Source of the DNA: a virus | Taxonomy: Duplodnaviria; Heunggongvirae; Uroviricota; Caudoviricetes | DNA: 33,775 nt | Strand: one strand, 5' to 3' | IMG/VR virus record: IMGVR_UViG_2671180456_000007 | Coordinates: 1 to 33,775 of that record | In this document: in pieces, positions 8,276 to 18,575 of the stretch | How the letters are laid out: every line of letters starts with the position of its first letter | Position numbering within the stretch: position 1 is the first letter of the stretch | The notes under the pieces: model-generated | Databases searched by the model: none | Told to the model about the DNA's origin: nothing | The model's input: the letters and a program-made list of their open reading frames with translations, nothing else | Position numbers and translations under genes: made by a program

Positions 8276-9919
8276 GTGGAAGTGACGAAGGCAAAACCGG
8301 TGACGCGCACCATTACGTCCGCGAACATTGACCGCCTGCGGGTTACCTTCGGGGTGCAGTCACTGGTGCAGACCACGTCAAAGGGTGACCGAAACCCGAC
8401 ATCCGTCCGCCTGCTGATTCAGTTACAGCGTAACGGTAACTGGGTGACAGAAAAGGATGTCACCATTAACGGCAAGACCACCTCGCAGTTTCTGGCGTCG
8501 GTGATTCTGGATAATCTGCCTCCCCGTCCTTTTAACATCCGGATGGTCCGGGAGACAGCGGACAGCACCACGGACCAGCTGCAGAATAAGACGCTGTGGT
8601 CGTCATACACCGAAATCATCGATGTGAAACAGTGCTACCCGAACACGGCCATTGTGGGGCTGCAGGTGGATGCGGAGCAGTTCGGCGGCCAGCAGATGAC
8701 GGTGAACTACCATATCCGCGGTCGCATCATCCAGGTGCCGTCAAACTATGACCCGGAAAAACGCACGTACAGTGGTATCTGGGACGGCAGCCTGAAACCG
8801 GCATACAGCAACAATCCGGCCTGGTGTCTGTGGGACATGCTGACTCACCCGCGCTACGGCATGGGAAAACGTCTGGGGGCGGCGGATGTGGACAAGTGGG
8901 CGCTGTATGCCATCGGGCAGTACTGCGACCAGACGGTCCCGGATAGTTTCGGGGAGACCGAGCCGCGGATGACCTTCAATGCGTACCTGGCACAACAGCG
9001 TAAGGCATGGGACGTGCTCAGTGATTTCTGCTCGGCGATGCGCTGTATGCCGGTATGGAACGGCCAGACGCTGACGTTTGTTCAGGACCGCCCGTCGGAT
9101 GTGGTGTGGCCGTACACCAACAGCGATGTGGTGGTGGATGATAACGGCGTGGGTTTCCGCTACAGCTTCAGTGCCCTGAAGGACCGGCACACGGCGGTGG
9201 AGGTGAATTATACCGACCCGCAGAACGGCTGGCAGACCTCCACGGAACTGGTGGAAGACCCGGAAGCCATACTGCGCTACGGACGCAACCTGCTGAAGAT
9301 GGACGCGTTCGGCTGTACCAGCCGCGGTCAGGCCCACCGTGCCGGACTGTGGGTGATAAAGACCGAACTGCTGGAAACGCAGACGGTGGATTTCACGCTC
9401 GGGTCTCAGGGGCTGCGGCACACACCCGGTGACATCATTGAAATCTGTGATAACGACTATGCCGGGACCCTGACCGGCGGACGTGTCCTGTCCATTGATG
9501 CTGCCACCCGCACTCTGACGCTGGACCGTGAAGTGACACTTCCGGAGACCGGTGCCGCCACGGTGAACCTGATTAACGGCAGCGGTAAGCCGGTGAGTGT
9601 GGACATCACCGAACACCCCGCGCCGGACCGGATACAGGTCAGTACCCTGCCTGATGGTGTGGAGACATACGGGGTGTGGGGACTCTCCCTGCCGTCACTG
9701 CGCCGTCGCCTGTTCCGCTGTGTCTCCGTCCGGGAAAACACGGACGGCACCTTTGCCATCACGGCGGTGCAGCACGTACTGGAAAAAGAAGCCATCGTGG
9801 ATAACGGTGCCCGCTTTGAGCCGCAGTCAGGTTCCCTGAACAGCGTCATCCCACCGGCAGTGCAGCACCTGACGGCCAGTATCTGGCGCAGGCGAAATGG
9901 GACACGCCGCGGGTGGTGA
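8276..9919 (+). CDS. J: J protein central fragment (the frame is open from 8207; GTG at 8276 is the first possible start)
   Basis: 547-aa ORF with lambda J-like sequence ([29 protein letters not shown]... [29 protein letters not shown]...). Confidence 0.6.
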   Translation: MEVTKAKPVTRTITSANIDRLRVTFGVQSLVQTTSKGDRNPTSVRLLIQLQRNGNWVTEKDVTINGKTTSQFLASVILDNLPPRPFNIRMVRETADSTTDQLQNKTLWSSYTEIIDVKQCYPNTAIVGLQVDAEQFGGQQMTVNYHIRGRIIQVPSNYDPEKRTYSGIWDGSLKPAYSNNPAWCLWDMLTHPRYGMGKRLGAADVDKWALYAIGQYCDQTVPDSFGETEPRMTFNAYLAQQRKAWDVLSDFCSAMRCMPVWNGQTLTFVQDRPSDVVWPYTNSDVVVDDNGVGFRYSFSALKDRHTAVEVNYTDPQNGWQTSTELVEDPEAILRYGRNLLKMDAFGCTSRGQAHRAGLWVIKTELLETQTVDFTLGSQGLRHTPGDIIEICDNDYAGTLTGGRVLSIDAATRTLTLDREVTLPETGAATVNLINGSGKPVSVDITEHPAPDRIQVSTLPDGVETYGVWGLSLPSLRRRLFRCVSVRENTDGTFAITAVQHVLEKEAIVDNGARFEPQSGSLNSVIPPAVQHLTASIWRRRNGTRRGW

Positions 9920-11454
9920 AGGGTGTGCGCTTCAGTCTGCGCCTGACCAGTGGTAAGGGAACGGATGCCAGACTGGTGACCACCGCCATCACCGCAGACA
10001 CGGAGCACCGTTTCAGCGGCCTGCCGCTCGGGGAATACACCCTGACGGTGCGGGCGATAAACAGCTATGGCCAGCAGGGTGAACCTGCCACCACCACCTT
10101 CCGGATTGCCGCACCGGCAGCACCGTCGCGGATTGAGCTGACGCCGGGCTATTTTCAGATAACCGCAACGCCGCATCTTGCCGTTTATGACCCGACGGTA
10201 CAGTTTGAGTTCTGGTTCTCGGAAAAGCGGATTGCGGATATCAGGCAGGTTGAAACCACAGCACGCTATCTTGGCACGGCGCTGTACTGGATAGCCGCCA
10301 GTATCAATATCAAACCGGGCCATGATTATTATTTTTACGTTCGCAGTGTGAACACCGTTGGCAAATCGGCATTCGTGGAGGCTGTCGGTCGGGCGAGCGA
10401 TGATGCGGAAGGTTACCTGGATTTTTTCAAAGGAGAGATAGGGAAAACACATCTGGCTCAGGAGCTGTGGACGCAGATTGATAACGGTCAGCTTGCGCCT
10501 GACCTGGCTGAAATCAGGACGTCCATTACGGATGTCAGCAATGAAATCACGCAGACTGTCAATAAGAAACTGAAAGACCAGAGTGCGGCAATCCAGCAGA
10601 TACAGAAGGTTCAGGTTGATACAAATAATAATCTGAACAGCATGTGGGCTGTGAAGCTGCAACAGATGAAGGACGGACGCCTTTATATTGCGGGTATCGG
10701 TGCCGGTATTGAGAATACGCCAGCAGGAATGCAGAGTCAGGTGCTGCTGGCGGCAGACAGGATTGCGATGATTAATCCTGCGAATGGCAACACAAAGCCG
10801 ATGTTTGTTGGTCAGGGCGATCAGATATTCATGAACGACGTGTTCCTGAAACGCCTGACGGCTCCCACCATTACCAGCGGCGGTAATCCTCCGGCATTTT
10901 CCCTGACACCGGACGGAAAACTGACCGCTAAAAATGCAGATATCAGTGGCAGTGTGAATGCGAACGCCGGGACGCTCAACAATGTCACAATTAATGAGAA
11001 CTGTCAGATTAAGGGGAAACTGTCAGCCAACCAGATTGAAGGCGATATAGTCAAAACAGTGGGTAAGGCTTTTCCGCGGGACTCCCGGGCACCGGAGCGG
11101 TGGCCATCAGGGACCATTACCGTCAGGATTTATGACGATCAGCCTTTTGACAGGCAAATTGTTATTCCGGCGGTGGCATTCAGCGGCGCTAAACATGAGC
11201 GGGAGAATAACGATATTTATTCGTCATGCCGCCTGATAGTACGGAAAAACGGTGCTGAAATTTATAACCGTACCGCGCTGGATAATACGCTGATTTACAG
11301 TGGTGTTATTGATATGCCAGCTGGTCGCGGCCACATGACGCTGGAGTTTTCGGTGTCAGCATGGCTGGTGAATAACTGGTATCCCACAGCAAGTATCAGC
11401 GATTTGCTGGTTGTGGTGATGAAGAAAGCCACCGCAGGCATCAGTATCAGCTGA
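9913..11454 (+). CDS. J: J protein C-terminal fragment (fibronectin-like repeats and receptor-binding end)
   Basis: 513-aa ORF; ...[54 protein letters not shown]... is lambda J-like. Confidence 0.6.
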   Translation: MVKGVRFSLRLTSGKGTDARLVTTAITADTEHRFSGLPLGEYTLTVRAINSYGQQGEPATTTFRIAAPAAPSRIELTPGYFQITATPHLAVYDPTVQFEFWFSEKRIADIRQVETTARYLGTALYWIAASINIKPGHDYYFYVRSVNTVGKSAFVEAVGRASDDAEGYLDFFKGEIGKTHLAQELWTQIDNGQLAPDLAEIRTSITDVSNEITQTVNKKLKDQSAAIQQIQKVQVDTNNNLNSMWAVKLQQMKDGRLYIAGIGAGIENTPAGMQSQVLLAADRIAMINPANGNTKPMFVGQGDQIFMNDVFLKRLTAPTITSGGNPPAFSLTPDGKLTAKNADISGSVNANAGTLNNVTINENCQIKGKLSANQIEGDIVKTVGKAFPRDSRAPERWPSGTITVRIYDDQPFDRQIVIPAVAFSGAKHERENNDIYSSCRLIVRKNGAEIYNRTALDNTLIYSGVIDMPAGRGHMTLEFSVSAWLVNNWYPTASISDLLVVVMKKATAGISIS

Positions 11455-11473
11455 ATTTTATAACCCATATACG

Positions 11474-11500
11474 GGCGCCAGAAATGGCGCCTTTTTTATT
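11474..11500 (+). terminator. Rho-independent terminator after J (stem GGCGCCA/TGGCGCC, loop GAAA, T6 tract)
   Basis: GGCGCCAGAAATGGCGCCTTTTTTATT immediately downstream of the J stop codon. Confidence 0.65.
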
Positions 11501-11521
11501 GCAGAAAAGCGAGAGGTAATT

Positions 11522-12121
11522 ATGCGTAAAGTTTGTGCAGCCATTTTGTCCGCAGCCATCTGTCTGTCCGTATCCGGTGCGCCTGCATGGGCGTCTGAAC
11601 ATCAGTCCACACTGAGCGCGGGGTATCTTCATGCCCGTACGAACGCTCCCGGCAGCGATAATCTGAACGGGATTAACGTGAAATACCGTTATGAGTTTAC
11701 GGACGCGCTGGGGCTGATTACGTCCTTCAGTTATGCCAATGCTGAGGATGAGCAAAAAACGCACTACAGCGATACCCGCTGGCATGAAGATTCCGTGCGT
11801 AACCGCTGGTTCAGCGTGATGGCGGGGCCGTCTGTACGCGTGAATGAATGGTTCAGCGCGTATGCGATGGTGGGTGTGGCTTACAGCCGTGTGTCGACTT
11901 TCTCCGGGGATTATCTCCGCGTAACTGACAACAAGGGGAAAACGCACGATGTGCTGACCGGAAGTGATGACGGTCGCCACAGCAACACGTCTCTGGCGTG
12001 GGGGGCTGGCGTGCAGTTTAACCCGACCGAATCCGTGACCATTGACCTTGCTTATGAAGGTTCCGGTAGTGGTGACTGGCGAACGGATGCATTTATTGTT
12101 GGTATCGGATACCGTATCTGA
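11522..12121 (+). CDS. lom: Lom outer membrane protein (Ail/Lom family beta-barrel)
   Basis: 199-aa ORF with a signal peptide (MRKVCAAILSAAICLSVSGAPAWA) and a C-terminus ...AFIVGIGYRI typical of lambda Lom; lambda-like position downstream of J; RBS GAGAGG. Confidence 0.9.
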   Translation: MRKVCAAILSAAICLSVSGAPAWASEHQSTLSAGYLHARTNAPGSDNLNGINVKYRYEFTDALGLITSFSYANAEDEQKTHYSDTRWHEDSVRNRWFSVMAGPSVRVNEWFSAYAMVGVAYSRVSTFSGDYLRVTDNKGKTHDVLTGSDDGRHSNTSLAWGAGVQFNPTESVTIDLAYEGSGSGDWRTDAFIVGIGYRI

Positions 12122-12224
12122 CAACAGACGCCGATTTATCTTCTGTAAATATTGTTATGATACGCAGGTTCATCCACCTTATGGGGTGAACTGCGTTTGA
12201 GGAAACGTAAAGTTACACTGTCCT

Positions 12225-12258
12225 GAAGCCCGTGGCGTCACTGCTGCGGGCTTTTTTT
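12225..12258 (+). terminator. Possible rho-independent terminator between lom and the tail fiber gene (stem AGCCCG/CGGGCT, T7 tract)
   Basis: GAAGCCCG ...14 nt... CGGGCTTTTTTTAT; the loop is large, so confidence is moderate. Confidence 0.4.
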
Positions 12259-12272
12259 ATTGGTGGAAAAGT

Positions 12273-15200
12273 ATGACAGTAAAAATTTCTGGCGTGCTTA
12301 AAGATGGCACAGGAAAACCAGTACAGAACTGCACCATTGTGCTGAAGGCCAGACGAACCAGCAGCACGATGGTGGTGAACACGGTGGCCTCTGAAAATCC
12401 GGATGAAGCCGGACGTTACAGCATGGATGTTGAGCATGGTCAGTACAGCGTCACCCTGCTGGTTGAAGGTTTTCCGCCTTCACATGCCGGGACCATTACC
12501 GTCTATGAAGGTTCCAGACCAGGTACGCTGAATGATTTTCTCGGTGCCATGACGGAGGATGATGTCCGACCGGAGGCACTGCGCCGCTTTGAGCAGATGG
12601 TGGAAGAGGTGTCACGTAACGCCTCCGCGGTTGCACAGAATACGGCAGCCGCGAAAAAATCAGCCAGCGAGGCGGCAACTCATGCAACCGATGCTGCAGC
12701 CTCAGCACGTGCCGCCAGCACGTCAGCCGGACAGGCCGCGTCGTCGGCTCAGTCAGCGTCTTCCAGCGCAGGAACGGCATCGACAAAGGCCCGTGAAGCA
12801 GCAAAAAGTGCTGCTGCAGAGTCATCAAAAAGCGCGGCAGCTACCAGCGCCAGTGCCGCGAAAACGTCAGAAACGAATGCCGCAGCATCACAAAAATCGG
12901 CAGCCACTTCTGCATCCACAGCGACCACGAAGGCGTCAGAAGCTGCCACCTCGGCACGGGGTGCGGCGGCCTCAAAAGAGGCAGCGAAATCTTCAGAAAC
13001 GAATGCATCATCAAGTGCCAGTAGTGCAGCTTCCTCGGCAACGGCGGCAGGAAATTCCGCGAAGGCGGCAAAAACGTCCGAGACGAACGCTAAGTCTTCT
13101 GAAACAGCAGCGGGACAGAGCGCCTCAGCTGCGGCAGGTTCAAAAACAGCGGCTGCATTATCTGCCAGTGCCGCGTCAACAAGTGCCGGGCAGGCCTCAG
13201 CCAGTGCCACCGCCGCCGGAAAATCGGCAGAAAGCGCCGCATCATCCGCTTCAACAGCCACAACGAAGGCTGGCAAAGCCACTGAGCAAGCCACTGCAGC
13301 AGCGAGGTCTGCTTCTGCAGCAAAAACCTCTGAAACAAATGCAAAGACTTCAGCAGACAATGCTGCTTCCTCTAAGGCAGCAGCCGCATCGTCAGCCAGT
13401 TCAGCGGCGTCATCGGCATCATCTGCGTCTGCTTCAAAAGATGAGGCGACCAGACAAGCGTCAGCAGCGAAAGGTAGTGCCACGACAGCAACAACGAAAG
13501 CATCAGAGGCGGCAGGCAGTGCGACGGCTGCATCTCAGAGCAAAGTTGCTGCTGAATCCGCGGCAACGCGCGCCGAGACAGCAGCAAAACGGGCAGAGGA
13601 TATTGCATCCGCCGTGGCGCTGGAGGATGCGAGCACGACGAAAAAGGGGATAGTACAGCTCAGCAGTGCGACCAACAGCACATCTGAAACGCTGGCCGCA
13701 ACGCCAAAAGCAGTTAAAGCAGCCAATGACAATGCGAATAGCCGATTGGCGAAGAATCAGAATGGCGCTGATATCCCCGACAAGGCCCGCTTCCTGAGTA
13801 ACATTAATGCTGCCAGCAAGACTGATATGGCCTCTAAACGAGGAATGAAGTATTCGACAGTGAATGCGCCCGCAGGAGTTGAAGCAGGTAAGTTTTATCC
13901 TGTGGTCATTCGTCGTTCTGCTGGATTCGTCGATGAATTAGCATCTAGGGTAACGATAAGCACAAGTTCAAGAACAGGAAACCACAGACTGAACAACTGC
14001 GAGTTCAACGGATTTGTCATGCCCGGTGGTTGGACTGACAGAGGAAAATATGCTTATGGGATGTTTCACGCATATACTGCAAGTGAACGTGCTATTCATT
14101 CTATCATGATGGGTAACAAAGCGGATGATCTTTGTTCTGTGTTCTATGTTGAAGGTGAAGCGTTTCCTATTGCTGTATATGTAGAAGAAGGCTTATCTGT
14201 TGTTGTACCATCTGCCGATTATGTCGTCGGACAAACAACTTACAAATGGGGCGCCACTAACCCTAAAACAGAATGCGTTGCCGCTGATACTATACTTGAT
14301 TTCTCAAATGGTAGAGGGTTTTATAGTTCGCACTCATTCCTCACAAATGCAGACATTAGCGGTAATAAGGTTTACGCTAATGATGAAGTTATTGTCCGTA
14401 GTCAGAATGCGTTAAGGATGATTGCTGGCGATTACGGTGTCATATGGCGAAATGATGGAGCAAATACTTACTTGCTCATGACTGATAAAGGCGACCAGTA
14501 CGGTGGCTGGAACGGTCTTCGACCATTTGCAGTAAATAACGCAACAGGTGAAGTGACGATCAATACACCACTTAATTCTCCAAAAGGGGTTAAGGGGAAC
14601 TCTGATACAGCTACGAAACTTCAGACTGCAAGAAAAATATCCGGTGTTCCATTTGATGGCTCTACTGATATCACTTTAACCGCCGCGCATGTTGCCGCTT
14701 TCGCAAGAAGAGCAACAGGGTCATATGCTGATGCTGATGGCGGCGTGCCGTGGAATGCTGAATCTGGTGCTTATAATGTAAATAGAACGGGCGACAGTTA
14801 TATTCTTGCCAACTTTTATACTGGTGTAGGTGGTTGCCGTACGCTTCAAATTAAGGCTCACTATAAAAATGGTGGGTTGTTTTATCGTTCATCTCGCGAT
14901 GGCTATGGTTTTGAAAGTGGTTGGGAGCAGGTTTACACGACTGGATTTAGACCTCAGCCGGCTGATATAAACGCACCAACCGCTGCCGACGGATGGTTAA
15001 ATAGTGGTAACGGAACAGCATTTACGACTGCTCAGTTTATAACGTGGCTAAATAATCAGGGTGCATTTTCAAACAAATATTGGATTGCACGGTGCTCATG
15101 GTATTACGCCAACAATAATTATATAGACGACACTGGTTGCGGTAGGATCGATCTATCTGGTTCCGTGATTGAGGTGTTTAGTAATAAGACAACAAGCAAT

Positions 15201-17315
15201 TACACTATTCGTGTTACAACGACAACAACATCGGGTCATGGTGGCGTTAATAATGCGGAATTTATTTATGTGTACAATGGCAGTGATTACTCGCCAGGCT
15301 GGCGTCGTTCTTATAATACTAGAAACAAACCAACAGCTTCTGATGTAGGAGCATTATCGCTTTCTGGAGGAGCGTTAACTGGCGGATTAACTGCTGCTGG
15401 CGAGATTATTTCAAAATCGGCGAATGGTCTGCGCATTGCCTACGGAAACTACGGATTCTTTATCCGAAACGATGGTTCAAGCACATACTTCATGTTGACC
15501 GATTCGGGTAACAGCCTGGGAACCTATAATAGTTTAAGGCCGCTTATCATTAACAATGCCAATGGTGCTGTTACGATCGGTAATGGACTCAATGTTACTG
15601 GCGGCATCAATGGTAGTTTGAACGGTAATGCTTCAACAGCTACGAAGTTGCAAACAGCGAGAAACATCAATGGTGTTAAGTTTGATGGTTCAGGCGATAT
15701 CAATATTAATACATTGGTATCTCGTGGCCGAGTTACGGCGTTAAGCGGCTCTACTCAAGGCACTGCTGGCATTCAAATGTATGAGGCGTACAACAATAGC
15801 TACCCGACCACGTATGGCAACGTATTGCACATGAAAGGTGCGAGTGCTGCTGGTGAGGGCGAGTTGCTTATTGGCTGGAGCGGAACGGATGGTGCTCATG
15901 CACCGGTTTATGTTCGTTCACGCCGTGATACTTCGACAGCGAACTGGTCTGGCTGGGCGCAGATCTACACAACTGCTCATAAACCCACTGCGGCTGATGT
16001 CGGTGCGTTGCCGAGCGGTGGCGGCACACTTTCCGGCGCACTCACATTATCTATGGCTGCGCCAAGTGTCCAGTTACGAGGGCAAGGTACGGACACCAGA
16101 CAGTACATCATGGCTTACAGAACCGATGGCGCTACATCATGGTATGTGGGCAAGGCTAACAACGGCTCCGATAATGCGATGTTCTGGAACTATACCGGCT
16201 CCAACGGAATTGAATTGGCTGCCGATGGCAATGTGCGTATTAATGCGAAGGGTAAACAGTTTACGTTCGCAAACAATGGGAACTTAGGTCTTGTTGCTTC
16301 GTTGGATCAGAGTTCAGTTCCACAGGGTACTTACCATCAAGTAGCTCTTAACACTGGCACTGTTGGTGGTAAATCGTACCTTCGAAAATTCCGCGGCGGC
16401 AACACAGACACCATTTGGCATGAGACGGTTCAGGGCGGCTTACTTCGTTGGGCAACCGGCAATGCTGATGAGCAAGAAGAACTGTCTATCAGTACTGGCT
16501 ATGGTGTTCGAGCAAGAGGTGAAATCACTTCCCTTAGCGCCAATGGTCTAAGAGTGGCTTACGGGAATTACGGCTTCTTTATTCGCAATGATGGCGGAAC
16601 AACTTACTTCATGCTGACTGCTTCTGGCGACAAGTTCGGAAGCTGGAATGCTTTGCGTCCAATGTACATTAACAACGCTTCAGGCGCGGTTACGATGGGG
16701 AACGGGTTGTCGCTTGCCGGTGGCTTAAATGTCACGAGCGGAAATATCCGAATCCCGACGTCGAGTACATCTTGGATCGACATGAGAAACAATGCCGCTC
16801 TGTCTAACAGTTCTGCGGTTGCCACTTCCTCTGCATCGGCCATTATTCGTCAGGAGCACGCCGATCGTCATTATTTTGTTGGTGGTTTAGGCAACTCTCA
16901 GTTCGGGTTCTACATGATTAACAAGTCACGAACCGCGAACGGCACGGATGCGAACGCATACCTCCAGAATGACGGTACTTGGGTTTGCGGCGGTAATGGC
17001 AGCTTTAATGACGTTTATATCCGTTCTGACCGCCGTAGTAAGCGCAATATTCGCAAGATTGACCGGGCGCTCGACAAGCTGGAGCAGATCGAAGGTGTTC
17101 TCTACGAGATTCAGGTCTGTGGCCGTTATGAGCAGTCTGGTGGCCTCATCGCTCAGGATGTCCAGAATGTTCAACCTGAACTGGTAACGGTCGACCATAA
17201 CGATCAGTCAGGAGAGCCTCGTCTGCGTCTTAACTACAACGGCGTTATCGGCATGTTGGTTGAGGCTGTCAAAGAGCTGCGCGAGGAAGTGCGCGAACTG
17301 AAGGCAAAAATGTAA
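12273..17315 (+). CDS. stf: Side tail fiber protein, chimeric: lambda Stf-like N-terminus, Ala/Ser-rich repeat segment, three ~100-aa T-even-like distal fiber repeats, C-terminal intramolecular chaperone (peptidase S74-like) domain
   Basis: 1680-aa ORF; N-terminus MTVKISGVLKDGTGKPVQNCTIVLKAR... is lambda Stf-like; repeated AKTSETNA motifs; three repeats of the form (A)NGLR(I/V)AYGNYGFFIRNDG..TYFMLT..G...NSLRP..INNA.GAVT; C-terminal ...DVYIRSDRRSKRNIRKIDRALDKLEQIEGVLYE matches the SDxxxKxNI autoproteolytic chaperone motif. Confidence 0.85.
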   Translation: MTVKISGVLKDGTGKPVQNCTIVLKARRTSSTMVVNTVASENPDEAGRYSMDVEHGQYSVTLLVEGFPPSHAGTITVYEGSRPGTLNDFLGAMTEDDVRPEALRRFEQMVEEVSRNASAVAQNTAAAKKSASEAATHATDAAASARAASTSAGQAASSAQSASSSAGTASTKAREAAKSAAAESSKSAAATSASAAKTSETNAAASQKSAATSASTATTKASEAATSARGAAASKEAAKSSETNASSSASSAASSATAAGNSAKAAKTSETNAKSSETAAGQSASAAAGSKTAAALSASAASTSAGQASASATAAGKSAESAASSASTATTKAGKATEQATAAARSASAAKTSETNAKTSADNAASSKAAAASSASSAASSASSASASKDEATRQASAAKGSATTATTKASEAAGSATAASQSKVAAESAATRAETAAKRAEDIASAVALEDASTTKKGIVQLSSATNSTSETLAATPKAVKAANDNANSRLAKNQNGADIPDKARFLSNINAASKTDMASKRGMKYSTVNAPAGVEAGKFYPVVIRRSAGFVDELASRVTISTSSRTGNHRLNNCEFNGFVMPGGWTDRGKYAYGMFHAYTASERAIHSIMMGNKADDLCSVFYVEGEAFPIAVYVEEGLSVVVPSADYVVGQTTYKWGATNPKTECVAADTILDFSNGRGFYSSHSFLTNADISGNKVYANDEVIVRSQNALRMIAGDYGVIWRNDGANTYLLMTDKGDQYGGWNGLRPFAVNNATGEVTINTPLNSPKGVKGNSDTATKLQTARKISGVPFDGSTDITLTAAHVAAFARRATGSYADADGGVPWNAESGAYNVNRTGDSYILANFYTGVGGCRTLQIKAHYKNGGLFYRSSRDGYGFESGWEQVYTTGFRPQPADINAPTAADGWLNSGNGTAFTTAQFITWLNNQGAFSNKYWIARCSWYYANNNYIDDTGCGRIDLSGSVIEVFSNKTTSNYTIRVTTTTTSGHGGVNNAEFIYVYNGSDYSPGWRRSYNTRNKPTASDVGALSLSGGALTGGLTAAGEIISKSANGLRIAYGNYGFFIRNDGSSTYFMLTDSGNSLGTYNSLRPLIINNANGAVTIGNGLNVTGGINGSLNGNASTATKLQTARNINGVKFDGSGDININTLVSRGRVTALSGSTQGTAGIQMYEAYNNSYPTTYGNVLHMKGASAAGEGELLIGWSGTDGAHAPVYVRSRRDTSTANWSGWAQIYTTAHKPTAADVGALPSGGGTLSGALTLSMAAPSVQLRGQGTDTRQYIMAYRTDGATSWYVGKANNGSDNAMFWNYTGSNGIELAADGNVRINAKGKQFTFANNGNLGLVASLDQSSVPQGTYHQVALNTGTVGGKSYLRKFRGGNTDTIWHETVQGGLLRWATGNADEQEELSISTGYGVRARGEITSLSANGLRVAYGNYGFFIRNDGGTTYFMLTASGDKFGSWNALRPMYINNASGAVTMGNGLSLAGGLNVTSGNIRIPTSSTSWIDMRNNAALSNSSAVATSSASAIIRQEHADRHYFVGGLGNSQFGFYMINKSRTANGTDANAYLQNDGTWVCGGNGSFNDVYIRSDRRSKRNIRKIDRALDKLEQIEGVLYEIQVCGRYEQSGGLIAQDVQNVQPELVTVDHNDQSGEPRLRLNYNGVIGMLVEAVKELREEVRELKAKM

Positions 17316-17381
17316 TCAAGGTGAATGGTGAGGGGCCACCCTCACCAATTCAGGATATTCACATCAAAAAGGAGATTAGAT

Positions 17382-18164
17382 GTGCCAATTGTCGGTGTTC
17401 CCGGTTGGATTGGGTCTTCGGCTGTCAGTGTGACAGGCCAGAGATGGATGAGTGCGGCTCGAACGGCGGTGCAACTGCCAGCGGCTGGTTCAATGTCTCA
17501 AATGGCCGGGCGATCTAAAGAAGTTCAGTACAGCATCGGTGCGAATCATAACTACAACAAAGACACACTGATCAACTATTTAAAATCCCAGGGGGCGACG
17601 CCAGTCGTTGTTACCATTACAGGGGATCTGGTGTCGTACAGTAGCGGCGTGCCATGTTTAGATTTCCCGAGTTCACTTACCAACTCTTATATCAGCCTTG
17701 TAATCAACGCAGGTGTGACTGTCTATGGACGCGGTGGCAATGGTGGTAGTAACGCTGCCGGTGCTGCTGGTGGTAACGCAATTAATAATGGCATCGGTAC
17801 ACGCTTGCGTATTACGAATAATGGTGCAATCGCTGGAGGTGGTGGCGGCGGTGGCGGCGGTAACAGGGGTCGACTAGTATTTGGTGGTGGCGGTGGGTGC
17901 CCATTCGGTGCTGGTGGGTCTTCCTCTCATATGAGTTCCGGTGCAACTGCTGGTACTATTTCCGCTCCTGGTAAGGGATCTGTTGGTGAGGGGTCTCTTA
18001 GTGCATATACAGGCGGTTCGGGTGGTAATGTCGGTGCTGCTGGAGGAAGATGTAATACTCAAGGTAACGGTACAGAATATAACGGCGGGGCAGCTGGTAA
18101 AGCCGTAACTGGCAACGCGCCTACATGGACTAAAGCTGGGGCAATTTACGGCGCTCATGTGTAA
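17382..18164 (+). CDS. Glycine-rich tail fiber adhesin, gp38-like (T2/T6-type receptor-recognising protein)
   Basis: GTG start 7 nt after the RBS AAGGAG; N-terminus (M)PIVGVPGWIGSSAVSVTGQRWM resembles the T2-type gp38 N-terminus as I recall it; the C-terminal half has poly-Gly motifs (GGGGGGGGGNRG, GGGGG) alternating with variable segments; located directly downstream of the fiber gene. The start codon is uncertain. Confidence 0.5.
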   Translation: MPIVGVPGWIGSSAVSVTGQRWMSAARTAVQLPAAGSMSQMAGRSKEVQYSIGANHNYNKDTLINYLKSQGATPVVVTITGDLVSYSSGVPCLDFPSSLTNSYISLVINAGVTVYGRGGNGGSNAAGAAGGNAINNGIGTRLRITNNGAIAGGGGGGGGGNRGRLVFGGGGGCPFGAGGSSSHMSSGATAGTISAPGKGSVGEGSLSAYTGGSGGNVGAAGGRCNTQGNGTEYNGGAAGKAVTGNAPTWTKAGAIYGAHV

Positions 18165-18238
18165 GTACTTACCTACCAAGTGTGGGCGTTTTATGATATA
18201 AAACCGCCATCCCGATTTGACTTTTCATGGAGGAAAAC

Positions 18239-18562
18239 ATGTCGAACGAGATGGCGGGCGTTACAACAGAGCAAGTTGAGCGTATTGCCGCGATCGTTGC
18301 TCGGGAGGTTGTTGGCAAATTAGGTAAAGAGCTACGTGAAGAAATTGGCCAGGAGGTCAATGATCAGCTGAAAACCTACTTTGGTGATATGACCCCGGCG
18401 CAACATAGTATTCAACACTCCAATCTGGACAAACTCCTTAACCGGTTAGATTCCATCTCAAGTGGGTTCTTTGGCGGCATTGTTTCTAAAATAACGTCGT
18501 TCATTATTACCGCACTGCTTTTGGGGTTAGCCGCGTATGGCGTAAAAAGTGGACTGCAATAA
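18239..18562 (+). CDS. Small tail-anchored membrane protein (acidic N-terminal domain, single C-terminal TM helix); function unknown, possibly holin-like or antiholin-like
   Basis: ATG at 18239 has RBS GGAGG 5 nt upstream; C-terminal hydrophobic helix ITSFIITALLLGLAAYGV. Confidence 0.5.
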   Translation: MSNEMAGVTTEQVERIAAIVAREVVGKLGKELREEIGQEVNDQLKTYFGDMTPAQHSIQHSNLDKLLNRLDSISSGFFGGIVSKITSFIITALLLGLAAYGVKSGLQ

Positions 18563-18575
18563 CAGGAGATCAAGG

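Larger units (their letters stand above)
8003..11454 (+). pseudogene. J: Host specificity / central tail fiber protein J, interrupted by an in-frame TGA (8204-8206) and a frameshift (about 9866-9915)
   Basis: Three consecutive ORFs (8003-8206, 8276-9919, 9913-11454) together give a lambda J-like protein of about 1127 aa. The first two are in the same frame, separated only by TGA; the third is in a different frame, with lambda-like sequence continuing on both sides of the switch. Confidence 0.6.

Noticed and set aside
9457-10662. 401-aa minus-strand ORF inside gene J
   Set aside because: Antisense shadow ORF within a conserved J coding region.
12749-13483. 244-aa Ala/Asp-rich minus-strand ORF
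   Set aside because: Reverse-frame artefact of the same tail fiber repeat region.
12559-13653. 364-aa Arg/Pro/Gln-rich ORF on the plus strand
   Set aside because: Alternative frame of the Ala/Ser-rich repeat region of the tail fiber gene; low-complexity artefact of the GCN-rich repeats.
17321-17518. 65-aa ORF overlapping the start of the glycine-rich adhesin gene
   Set aside because: Different frame across the RBS and start region of the adhesin gene; no independent support.
17300-18240. Phage-specific single-subunit RNA polymerase promoter near the conserved TACCTACCA(A/G)GTG segments
   Set aside because: Only two copies, no match to the T7, T3 or SP6 promoter consensus, and no phage RNA polymerase gene in the window; kept only as part of the TAAGTA-palindrome observation.
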